Source: an uncultured Clostridia bacterium (GTDB taxonomy: Bacteria > Bacillota > Clostridia > Christensenellales > UBA1242). Taken from it: DNA of 34,486 nt. The position numbers were made by a program, and so were the translations under genes. Below, piece after piece: positions 27,163 to 34,486 of the stretch. Numbering within the stretch: the stretch's first letter is position 1; the number at the start of each line of letters is the position of its first letter. Under the pieces are notes generated by a model. The model searched no databases, was not told the origin of the DNA, and was given only the letters and a program-made list of their open reading frames with translations. Where the stretch lies: contig CAMYXB010000002.1 of the NCBI GenBank assembly GCA_947303145.1, positions 1-34,486 of the forward strand, in the 5' to 3' direction.

Positions 27163-27609
27163 ATGAATATTCAATCTTTGAAACCTGCTGAAAATTCTAG
27201 ATTTCGTCATAAAAGACTAGGTCGTGGTATGGCCAGTGGACTTGGCAAAACTAGTGGCAGAGGTATGAAAGGACAGAATTCCCGCAGTGGTGGTGGCGTT
27301 CGTCTTGGATTCGAAGGCGGACAGATGCCTCTTATTAGGAAATTACCTAGACGTGGCTTTACCAATAGCGAATTTAGGAAGCATTATTCCATCATCAATG
27401 TGTCCGACCTCAATAGATTCGATGAGGGCGCTGTCATAGATGCCGGAGCACTTCTAGAATATGGCGTTTTGTCCAAAGTAGAAGATTATGGCGTCAAGGT
27501 CCTTGGCAATGGCAAGCTAGAGAAGGCAGTGACTGTGAGAATGGCCAAGTTCTCCGATACAGCCAAGAAGAAAATTCTAGAAGCAAACGGCTCATTTGAG
27601 GAGGTATAA
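27163..27609 (+). CDS. rplO: 50S ribosomal protein uL15
   Basis: Contains KRLGRGMASGLGKTSGRGMKGQ. Confidence 0.97.
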   Translation: MNIQSLKPAENSRFRHKRLGRGMASGLGKTSGRGMKGQNSRSGGGVRLGFEGGQMPLIRKLPRRGFTNSEFRKHYSIINVSDLNRFDEGAVIDAGALLEYGVLSKVEDYGVKVLGNGKLEKAVTVRMAKFSDTAKKKILEANGSFEEV

Positions 27610-28934
27610 TGTTTAAGACCCTTAAAGAAGCATTCAAATTAAAAGATGTGAGGAAGAAGATACTTATCACTCTTTTACTATTGCTTATCTATAGAATAGG
27701 TTGCTGGATACCCACTCCAGGTATCGTAGCTCAGGCTTTCGAGAATGTGGTGAGTAGCGACCAAGGTGGATTTCTATCCATCATAAGCGCAGTCAGTGGT
27801 AGCGCGCTCGCCAATGGTGCCATACTGGCCCTAGGCGTCACACCTTATATCAATGCCTCCATTATTATGCAACTATTAACTTTCGCCATTCCTTCCTTGG
27901 AGAGACTCTCTAAGCAAGGAGAAGAAGGGAAGAAGAAGATAGCCCTTTACACCAAAGTTTGTGCATTAGTGCTAGCCATTCTTCAGGCAGTGGGCATCGT
28001 GGTAGGCTTCGGTGCAGGCAGTCTAGATAGCACAGTATTCTTCGGCTCACCAGTCGCCACTGGCGCAGTGGTGGTGGCCATACTTGTGGCAGGTGCCATG
28101 TTTACAGTGTGGCTGGGAGACAAGATAACTGCTCTCGGCATCGGCAATGGACTGAGCCTTCTCATATTCGTGGGACTTTTGTCCACAGCGGGCAAGGCTG
28201 TATTCCAGTCCATTACATCTATATCTTCCACCAACCTTGAGGGGTTGTGGTCCATACTTGTGTTCGTTGGCGTGCTCATCCTCATATTTGCGTTCATCGT
28301 ATTCATCGATAGTGCAGAGAGGAGAATCCCTGTCCAATATGCCAAGCAGATGAAGGGAAGGAAGATGTATGGCGGGCAGAACACCAATATACCTATTAAG
28401 ATTAACGCCAATGGCGTCATGCCCATCATTTTCGCAACATCAATCATTACTTTCCCACAGATGATAATGAGTCTATTCTGGTATAGCACAGAAGAGGGCA
28501 GCGCATATATGTGGTATGCCAAGAATCTTGGCGCAGGCACATGGCTTTACATCGTGCTGACCGCTCTGCTCATTCTACTCCTATCATATTTCTGGTCACA
28601 GGTAAGTTTCAATCCAGAAGATGTGTCAAGACAGATTCAGCAAAATGGCGGATTTATCCCGGGCTACAGACCAGGCAAGACCACCGCAGATTATCTCAAG
28701 AGAGTATCCAATCGTATCACACTCTGGGGTGCGATATTCCTAGCACTCATAGCCCTTGTTCCGTCCATTCTGTTCAAATCGCTCAATGGAGCGCTGGACC
28801 TGAGCATATCTGGCTCACTCATCAACGCATTCTCCGCAACAGGCATGCTCATCGTAGTATCTGTGGCGCTGGAACTGGACAAGCAACTTGAGGCTCAACT
28901 GCTTATGAGGAATTACAAAGGATTTTTGAAATAA
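27609..28934 (+). CDS. secY: Preprotein translocase subunit SecY
   Basis: 441 aa with ten hydrophobic segments. Contains LALGVTPYINASIIMQLL, and the cluster position fits. Confidence 0.98.
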   Translation: MFKTLKEAFKLKDVRKKILITLLLLLIYRIGCWIPTPGIVAQAFENVVSSDQGGFLSIISAVSGSALANGAILALGVTPYINASIIMQLLTFAIPSLERLSKQGEEGKKKIALYTKVCALVLAILQAVGIVVGFGAGSLDSTVFFGSPVATGAVVVAILVAGAMFTVWLGDKITALGIGNGLSLLIFVGLLSTAGKAVFQSITSISSTNLEGLWSILVFVGVLILIFAFIVFIDSAERRIPVQYAKQMKGRKMYGGQNTNIPIKINANGVMPIIFATSIITFPQMIMSLFWYSTEEGSAYMWYAKNLGAGTWLYIVLTALLILLLSYFWSQVSFNPEDVSRQIQQNGGFIPGYRPGKTTADYLKRVSNRITLWGAIFLALIALVPSILFKSLNGALDLSISGSLINAFSATGMLIVVSVALELDKQLEAQLLMRNYKGFLK

Positions 28935-28944
28935 GGGAAAACAA

Positions 28945-29568
28945 ATGAACATCGTTCTTATTGGACAAATAGCCAGTGGCAAGGGAACATTGTCACAAAA
29001 TTTGCAGGAAGAATACGGCTTCGAGCCAATATCCATAGGGCTTCTTCTTAGAAGGGAGACCGAGAAGGATACGCCCGAAGCCAAAGCCATTGAAGATTGT
29101 CTTACTCGTGGGGTTCTCGTATCAGACGACTTGGCACTCAAGGTGCTGAAGAAGCACCTTGATACCATAGGAGATAAGAATATCATTTTCGATGGCTATC
29201 CTAGGAATTTGAGCCAAGCAAAGAACTTATTTGAGATTGCTAGAATAGACAAAGTGATATTCCTAGACGTAGACGAGAGCGTCATAAGAGACAGATTTCT
29301 CGGCAGACGGGAATGCAACAAGTGTGGCTTTGTGTCCAATATAAACAACGATGATTACACCCCCACCTGCCATCGCTGTGGCGGGACCTTCGCCAAAAGA
29401 GGCGACAACAATGAGGACGCTATGATTAGCAAGATGAAGTCTTTTGCTTGCGACACCTTGCCTGTTATAGAGTTCTTTAGAGACCGAGGCTTGCTCTGCT
29501 CGGTCGATGCAGGACGTAATGCAGAGTATACAATGGAGCAAGTTAGGGAAATCATAAAAGATATATGA
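28945..29568 (+). CDS. adk: Adenylate kinase (zinc-lid type) with divergent P-loop and NMP-site motifs
   Basis: It lies between secY and map. The P-loop reads GQIASGKGT, the DGYPR motif is present, and the lid has CNKCG...CHRCGG. Confidence 0.88.
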   Translation: MNIVLIGQIASGKGTLSQNLQEEYGFEPISIGLLLRRETEKDTPEAKAIEDCLTRGVLVSDDLALKVLKKHLDTIGDKNIIFDGYPRNLSQAKNLFEIARIDKVIFLDVDESVIRDRFLGRRECNKCGFVSNINNDDYTPTCHRCGGTFAKRGDNNEDAMISKMKSFACDTLPVIEFFRDRGLLCSVDAGRNAEYTMEQVREIIKDI

Positions 29569-29580
29569 GAAGGCAGTGGC

Positions 29581-30315
29581 ATGATTAAGATTAAGAGTGA
29601 GAAGGAGATAGAACTCTTGCGCAAAGCGGGAGAAATAACCAGAAACACACTACTTGAGGTGGAAAAACACGTCAAGGTGGGCGTGACCACTCGACAGCTC
29701 GACAAGATTGCCCACGATTATATCTTAAGTCAAGGTGCCAAGCCGTCATTCTTGCACTATGGTGGATTCCCAGCCACTATATGTGCATCAGTCAATGATG
29801 TGGTGGTGCATGGTTTTCCAGATGATACTCCGCTTAGTGAGGGCGACATAGTCAGTATAGACGTGGGCGCCTGCTATAAGGGATATCATGGAGACAGCGC
29901 TAGGACCTACCCTGTGGGGACTATAAGTGCTGATAAGCAAAAACTCATTGATGTCACGAGACAGAGTTTCTTTGAGGGCATCAAGGACTTGAAAGCAGGG
30001 AATACTGTAGGAGATATTTCCAGCAGAGTGCAGAACTATGTGGAGAAGTATGGCTTCGGTGTAGTGAGGGACATGGTGGGGCATGGCGTGGGCAGAGACC
30101 TGCACGAAGACCCTGAGGTGCCCAACTTCGGCTATGCTGGCCTGGGGCCAAAACTCAAGGCAGGTATGGTGATAGCCATAGAACCTATGGTGAATATGGG
30201 AAGTTATGAAGTAGTAATACGTGGTTGGAGTTGTAAGACGAAAGACGGTCTTCCCTCTGCACACTACGAGAACACCATTCTAATCACTGATACTGGAGTT
30301 GAGATTTTAACCTAG
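29581..30315 (+). CDS. map: Type I methionine aminopeptidase
   Basis: Metal-ligand context: SIDVGACYKGYHGD, GHGVGRDLHE and AIEPM. Confidence 0.97.
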   Translation: MIKIKSEKEIELLRKAGEITRNTLLEVEKHVKVGVTTRQLDKIAHDYILSQGAKPSFLHYGGFPATICASVNDVVVHGFPDDTPLSEGDIVSIDVGACYKGYHGDSARTYPVGTISADKQKLIDVTRQSFFEGIKDLKAGNTVGDISSRVQNYVEKYGFGVVRDMVGHGVGRDLHEDPEVPNFGYAGLGPKLKAGMVIAIEPMVNMGSYEVVIRGWSCKTKDGLPSAHYENTILITDTGVEILT

Positions 30316-30331
30316 AATTGAGAGGAAATAG

Positions 30332-30589
30332 ATGACACAACAGTTTTTGATAGGTAGTGTGGTGTCCAGCACCTCTGGACATGACAAGGGCAGGCTCTAC
30401 ATCATAAGAGCGATAGATGGCGACTTCGCCAGCCTCACTGATGGAGACTATAGACCACTTTTGAAGCCTAAGAAAAAAAGACTCAAACACATTCTTTTAG
30501 TCAAAGCAGATGGAATTGATGAGGAAACGCTCGGCAAGATGCATGACTATGAGATAAAAACATATCTAAAACAATGTAAAAATGTGTGA
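30332..30589 (+). CDS. Small KOW-domain RNA-binding protein (85 aa)
   Basis: It is in the conserved Clostridia position between map and infA. Contains GSVVSSTSGHDKGRLYII. Confidence 0.75.
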   Translation: MTQQFLIGSVVSSTSGHDKGRLYIIRAIDGDFASLTDGDYRPLLKPKKKRLKHILLVKADGIDEETLGKMHDYEIKTYLKQCKNV

Positions 30590-30625
30590 TTTATGTGGAT
30601 TTTCTGTTGAAAAAAAGGAGAATTT

Positions 30626-30850
30626 ATGCCAAAATCAGATTGTTTGGAAACTGAAGGAGTAGTGACAGACGTCCTACCTAACGCTACTTTCAAGGTAAAA
30701 CTTCAAAATGGGCATATCATAACCTGCTACATCTCAGGCAAACTTAGAATGAATTTCATCAAGATTTTAGCCGGCGACAGCGTCAAAGTAGAGATGAGCC
30801 CGTATGATTTGACAAAAGGGAGAATTACTTGGAGAAGTAAGTCAAACTAA
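30626..30850 (+). CDS. infA: Translation initiation factor IF-1
   Basis: Contains [40 protein letters not shown] and [13 protein letters not shown]. Confidence 0.98.
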   Translation: MPKSDCLETEGVVTDVLPNATFKVKLQNGHIITCYISGKLRMNFIKILAGDSVKVEMSPYDLTKGRITWRSKSN

Positions 30851-30871
30851 TATAAACAAGGAGAAAGGGAA

Positions 30872-30985
30872 ATGAAAGTTAGACCATCTGTAAAACCTAT
30901 TTGCGATAAGTGCAAGGTTATTAAAAGAGAAGGCAACGTAATGGTAATATGCCCAAATAAAAAGCATAAACAAACTCAAGGCTAG
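30872..30985 (+). CDS. rpmJ: 50S ribosomal protein bL36 (Zn form); absent from the ORF track because it is short
   Basis: My manual translation is [37 protein letters not shown]. The SD AAGGAGAAAGGG lies upstream. Confidence 0.95.
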   Translation: MKVRPSVKPICDKCKVIKREGNVMVICPNKKHKQTQG

Positions 30986-31166
30986 AAAGCAAACATGTCC
31001 TTGGGCGGCTGTTTTGATGCAGGGCCTGTGCTTAGAGCACTTTTCCACCATGCCATGTGTCGATAATCTAAGGACATGAGGGATATATTGCCTAGGTTAT
31101 TTTATGCCAAAGCATAAGATAACAAGGGCTATGATAAAAACAAAATTATTTATGGAGGATAAATAA
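30986..31166 (+). promoter_or_regulatory. Unusually long, structured rpmJ-rpsM spacer (candidate alpha-operon leader)
   Basis: Stem CATGTCCTT (30994-31002) / AAGGACATG (31070-31078), extendable by G-U/G-C pairs. There is an inner hairpin GTGCT-TAG-AGCAC (31028-31040) and a second long hairpin at 31091-31127 just before the rpsM SD (GGAGG at ~31154). Confidence 0.45.
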
Positions 31167-31535
31167 ATGGCTCGTATTGCTGGTGTTGATCTACCAAACG
31201 AGAAAAGACTTGAAATCGGCCTTACCTACATCAAGGGTATCGGCAGAGTGACAAGCAACAAGATTTTGACTGAGACCAAAATCAGTCCTGACATTCGTGT
31301 CAAAGATTTGACAGAAGAGCAAGTGGCTACTCTAAGAAATTATATAGAGAAGAACTTGACTGTCGAGGGCGACCTCACTAGAGAAGTCTCCCTTAATATT
31401 AAAGCCCTGTCCGAGATAGGTTGCTATAGAGGCATAAGGCACCGTAAGGGATTGCCTGTGAGAGGACAGAGCACCAAACAAAACGCAAGAACTCGCAAAG
31501 GCCCTAGAAAGACCGTTGCTAAGAAGAAAAAGTAA
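31167..31535 (+). CDS. rpsM: 30S ribosomal protein uS13
   Basis: The protein starts [14 protein letters not shown]. Confidence 0.98.
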   Translation: MARIAGVDLPNEKRLEIGLTYIKGIGRVTSNKILTETKISPDIRVKDLTEEQVATLRNYIEKNLTVEGDLTREVSLNIKALSEIGCYRGIRHRKGLPVRGQSTKQNARTRKGPRKTVAKKKK

Positions 31536-31550
31536 GGGAGGGTGAAATAA

Positions 31551-31940
31551 ATGGCAGAGAAAAAGACAGTTAGAAGAAAGAAACAAACTAAGAATGTCGA
31601 CAAAGGTGCAGTGCATATTCAGGCATCATTCAACAATACACTAGTCACATTCACCGACCTTGCTGGCAACACTATTTCATGGTCCAGTGCTGGCTCTCTT
31701 GGCTTCAAAGGAGCCAGAAAGAGCACTCCATTCGCTGCTCAGCAAGCTGTGGAGACCGCTGCAAAGCAGGCCAAGGATATGGGACTTAAGTCAGTCGAAG
31801 TTTATGTAAAAGGACCGGGCAACGGTAGAGAGGCTGCTATTCGTGCACTAGGCACAGCAGACATAAATGTCACCAAAATCAGTGACGTTTCTCCTATCCC
31901 TCACAATGGTTGCCGTCCTCCTAAGAAGAGAAGGATATAA
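31551..31940 (+). CDS. rpsK: 30S ribosomal protein uS11
   Basis: Contains [18 protein letters not shown] and [12 protein letters not shown]. Confidence 0.98.
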   Translation: MAEKKTVRRKKQTKNVDKGAVHIQASFNNTLVTFTDLAGNTISWSSAGSLGFKGARKSTPFAAQQAVETAAKQAKDMGLKSVEVYVKGPGNGREAAIRALGTADINVTKISDVSPIPHNGCRPPKKRRI

Positions 31941-31954
31941 AGGGAGAGAGAACT

Positions 31955-32575
31955 ATGGCAAAATATACTGATGCAGATTGCAGATTGTGCAGAAGAGAGG
32001 GATGCAAGCTTTTCCTCAAGGGAGACAGATGTATTTCTCCAAAATGCGCATTAGAGAAGAGACCAGTGGTCCCAGGACAACATGGAATGGGCAGAAAGAA
32101 GATAACTGACTATGGCGAGCAACTGAGAGAAAAGCAGAAAGTCAAGAGAGCATATGGCTTGCTTGAGAAACAATTCAGAGGCTACTATGAGAAAGCCACC
32201 AGAATGAAAGGCGTCGTGGGCGAGAACATGCTTTCCCTACTTGAGAGAAGACTTGACAATGTTATATATAGAATGGGCATTGGCGACAGCAGGAGCGAAA
32301 GCCGTCAAATAGTCAACCATGGACACATCATGGTCAATGGCAAAGTGGTCAACATTCCTTCCTATTCAGTCAAGGCAGGTGATGAGATATCTGTCAAAGA
32401 GACCAGTCAGGAGATTGAGAAGTTCAAGCAACTTAGAGGTATCAAGATAACCATGCCTAAGTGGCTCCAGTTCAATACCAACGCCATGAGTGGCACAATA
32501 CTAGACTTGCCAAAGAGAGATGATATAGACCTCAATATTAGAGAACACTTAATCATCGAGTTATATTCAAGGTAA
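31955..32575 (+). CDS. rpsD: 30S ribosomal protein uS4 (zinc-finger type N-terminus)
   Basis: Contains [23 protein letters not shown] and an S4 domain ([10 protein letters not shown]). Confidence 0.97.
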   Translation: MAKYTDADCRLCRREGCKLFLKGDRCISPKCALEKRPVVPGQHGMGRKKITDYGEQLREKQKVKRAYGLLEKQFRGYYEKATRMKGVVGENMLSLLERRLDNVIYRMGIGDSRSESRQIVNHGHIMVNGKVVNIPSYSVKAGDEISVKETSQEIEKFKQLRGIKITMPKWLQFNTNAMSGTILDLPKRDDIDLNIREHLIIELYSR

Positions 32576-32588
32576 GGAGGAATATTGA

Positions 32589-33542
32589 ATGATTCAAATA
32601 GACAAGCCAAAAGTCATCATGGAGGATAAGAAAAATGGCAGTTATGCCAAGTTCGTCCTCGAGCCTCTTGAGAGAGGTTTCGGCATCACTTTGGGCAATT
32701 GCCTGAGGAGGACTCTCCTAGGTGCCATGCCTGGTGCAGCCGCTGTGGCTATTAGAATAGAGGGTGCAGAGCATGAGTTCTCTTCCCTCAAGGGTGTCAG
32801 CGAAGACGTCACAGACATTGTCCTCAATATCAAGAATATGGCAGTCAAGACGTCTAGCCTAGAGGAAGACTTCACCACCACTCTTCATGTTCACAAGAAG
32901 GGTGCTGGAGAGGTGCTTTGCTCAGATTTTGAAGGCAATGACCAAGTGGAGATACTCAATCCCGAACTCAAGATATGCACACTAGATGACGATGCCGACT
33001 TTGATATGGAAGTAGTCATCGGCAGAGGTAGAGGATATGTCCCAGCCAGCAAGAATGAGAGGGAGGATATGCCCATAGGATACATCAGCGTGGACTCCAT
33101 CTTCACTCCAGTCAAGGCCGTCAATTACAGTGTGGAGAACACTAGGGTGGGGCAGTCCATAGATTATGACAAACTTACTTTAGAGGTTCAGACCAATGGC
33201 ACCATGACAGCCAAGGAAATAGTGTCTCTTGCTGCCAAGATTGTGGAGGACCACATTAAACTATTTGTCAATCTCACCGAATATATGCAGGAGATGACAG
33301 TGCTAGTGTCCAAAGAGGAGTCTAGCCCAGTCAAGATGCTGGAGATGAGCATAGAGGACCTAGACCTATCTGTGCGTAGTTATAACTGCCTCAAGAGAGC
33401 CAGCATCAATACTGTGGAAGATTTGACCAAGAAGTCCAGAGAAGATATGCTCAAGGTGAGGAATCTTGGACTCAAGTCTCTTGAAGAAGTCATACACAAA
33501 CTAGAAAGTATGGGATTGTCACTTAGAAATGAAGAAGAATAA
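32589..33542 (+). CDS. rpoA: DNA-directed RNA polymerase alpha subunit
   Basis: Contains LEPLERGFGITLGNCLRR. The C-terminal domain has LDLSVRSYNCLKRASINTVEDL. Confidence 0.98.
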   Translation: MIQIDKPKVIMEDKKNGSYAKFVLEPLERGFGITLGNCLRRTLLGAMPGAAAVAIRIEGAEHEFSSLKGVSEDVTDIVLNIKNMAVKTSSLEEDFTTTLHVHKKGAGEVLCSDFEGNDQVEILNPELKICTLDDDADFDMEVVIGRGRGYVPASKNEREDMPIGYISVDSIFTPVKAVNYSVENTRVGQSIDYDKLTLEVQTNGTMTAKEIVSLAAKIVEDHIKLFVNLTEYMQEMTVLVSKEESSPVKMLEMSIEDLDLSVRSYNCLKRASINTVEDLTKKSREDMLKVRNLGLKSLEEVIHKLESMGLSLRNEEE

Positions 33543-33562
33543 TTAAGGTAAAGGAGAAAATC

Positions 33563-34072
33563 ATGGCTAATGCTAAATTGAATAGACCCACCAAAGAGAG
33601 ATTGAGCCTGCTTAGGAATCAGGCCAGTGATCTATTGTGGAATGGCAAGGTGACCACCACCATCGCTAAGGCAAAATCCCTTAGAAGTTATGTGGAGAAG
33701 GTTCTTACACTGGCTATCAATAGCTACGAGGACACTGTCAAGGTGGTCAAGAATGATGTGGATAGCAAGGGTGTCACCGTCAAGAGAGAAGTGGTCAACG
33801 ATGGGCCAAATAAACTGGCCGCTCGTAGAATGATTATGGCCAAACTCTTCGACAGACAGGAAGTCCGTCAGAACAAGGAGTCCAAGGCCTCCTTTGTGGA
33901 GAGGACTAAGGATATCAACCACCCACTTATAGAGAAGATTTTCAATGTCTATGCTCCAAAGTATGCCGAGCGCAACAAAGAAAATGGCCAAGGCGGTGGC
34001 TACACCAGAGTGCTCAAGATGGATATGAGACGTGGTGACGCAGCCCCTATGTGCATAGTGGAATTAGTTTAA
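33563..34072 (+). CDS. rplQ: 50S ribosomal protein bL17 (169 aa, with internal insertion)
   Basis: Contains GGGYTRVLKMDMRRGDAAPMCIVELV at the C-terminus. It is the last gene of the alpha operon. Confidence 0.96.
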   Translation: MANAKLNRPTKERLSLLRNQASDLLWNGKVTTTIAKAKSLRSYVEKVLTLAINSYEDTVKVVKNDVDSKGVTVKREVVNDGPNKLAARRMIMAKLFDRQEVRQNKESKASFVERTKDINHPLIEKIFNVYAPKYAERNKENGQGGGYTRVLKMDMRRGDAAPMCIVELV

Positions 34073-34080
34073 TATGTATA

Positions 34081-34115
34081 AGACATCGACTTTTGTTGGT
34101 GTCTTTTTATTTTTT
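34081..34115 (+). terminator. Intrinsic terminator of the alpha operon
   Basis: AGACATCGA / TTGGTGTCT, a 9-bp stem with two G-U pairs, followed by TTTTATTTTTT. Confidence 0.75.
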
Positions 34116-34127
34116 AATGTTATTTAT

Positions 34128-34157
34128 TTGACTTTGCCACCCATAAAAAGATATAAT
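34128..34157 (+). promoter_or_regulatory. Promoter of the terminal partial gene
   Basis: TTGACT (34128-34133), 18 nt, TATAAT (34152-34157). Confidence 0.55.
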
Positions 34158-34243
34158 AAAATGTAATATTGTATGTATTAGTGTCACTTTTTGCATAATA
34201 AGTGAGCCTGTTATACACAATATATTATACTTATGGAGTAGAT

Positions 34244-34486
34244 ATGAAAAGAGCACTTAAAATAATACTTTTTTCCTTCTTGTCTGTTATAGGGGTATTC
34301 GCTCTCGTCATTGGCGGAATGTATCTCTTTGGAGGATTTAATGAGAAAGTAGTCTTCGCAGAAGAGATGCATTTCTCTAGGGCAGAGGTCATCTCTTCCT
34401 CTTCATTTGAGCTAGACCTTATCTCCACCACACCCGATGTCACTAGACGTGATGTGAGGATAGAGGTCTCTAGTGGAGGAGACAAC
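34244..34486 (+). CDS. Partial CDS (81 codons, runs off the window): N-terminally anchored hypothetical protein
   Basis: My manual translation is MKRALKIILFSFLSVIGVFALVIGGMYLFGGFNEKVVFAEE..., with GGAG 6 nt upstream of ATG 34244. It is open to the window end. The track lists only the antisense ORF 34231..34485(-), which I consider spurious. Confidence 0.7.
   Translation, partial: MKRALKIILFSFLSVIGVFALVIGGMYLFGGFNEKVVFAEEMHFSRAEVISSSSFELDLISTTPDVTRRDVRIEVSSGGDN

Noticed and set aside
30995-31066. 23-codon ORF (MSLGGCFDAGPVLRALFHHAMCR) in the rpmJ-rpsM spacer as a possible leader peptide
   Set aside because: There is no convincing SD. The ORF coincides with the paired arms of the predicted RNA domain, so an RNA structure is the more economical explanation.

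Overview
This window comes from a low-GC Bacillota (Clostridia-like) chromosome. That placement rests on the rplU-prp-rpmA arrangement with an N-extended L27, a KOW gene between map and infA, and rpsD sitting inside the alpha operon.

Gene content in order:
- The window opens inside an rRNA operon: the last ~495 nt of 23S, then 5S at ~631-749.
- A short accessory stretch follows: an orphan two-TM protein, an anchored surface protein interrupted by an in-frame TAA, and a divergent XRE regulator.
- Housekeeping genes come next: mscL; a translationally coupled CrtO-like acyltransferase / degV / PflX-like radical-SAM trio; a TM coiled-coil repeat protein; eno; a VanW-domain protein; rmuC; rplU-prp-rpmA; tgt; yajC.
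- A second XRE/surface-protein cassette lies at 16270-17381.
- The complete S10-spc-alpha ribosomal supercluster runs from 18059 to 34072 (rpsJ to rplQ, including secY, adk, map, infA, rpmJ, rpoA).

I saw no transposase, integrase, CRISPR array, tRNA or recognisable defence gene.

Most noteworthy observations:
1. Two paralogous XRE-plus-anchored-surface-protein cassettes share an identical 17-nt promoter core but have different operator palindromes. Both regulator genes look leaderless.
2. A single in-frame TAA splits a 478-codon surface-protein frame.
3. A 301-nt insert after 5S is bracketed by 32-nt perfect direct repeats and is built partly from 5S fragments.
4. A ~230-nt terminator-capped noncoding segment lies after the second XRE gene.
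5. There are structured leaders before rpsJ and in an unusually long rpmJ-rpsM spacer.
6. Several housekeeping proteins are atypical: uL24 with a Cys4 knuckle and a long tail, uS5/MscL/YajC with charged extensions, and Adk with altered motifs.

All calls come from reading the sequence and the ORF track. No database search was run.
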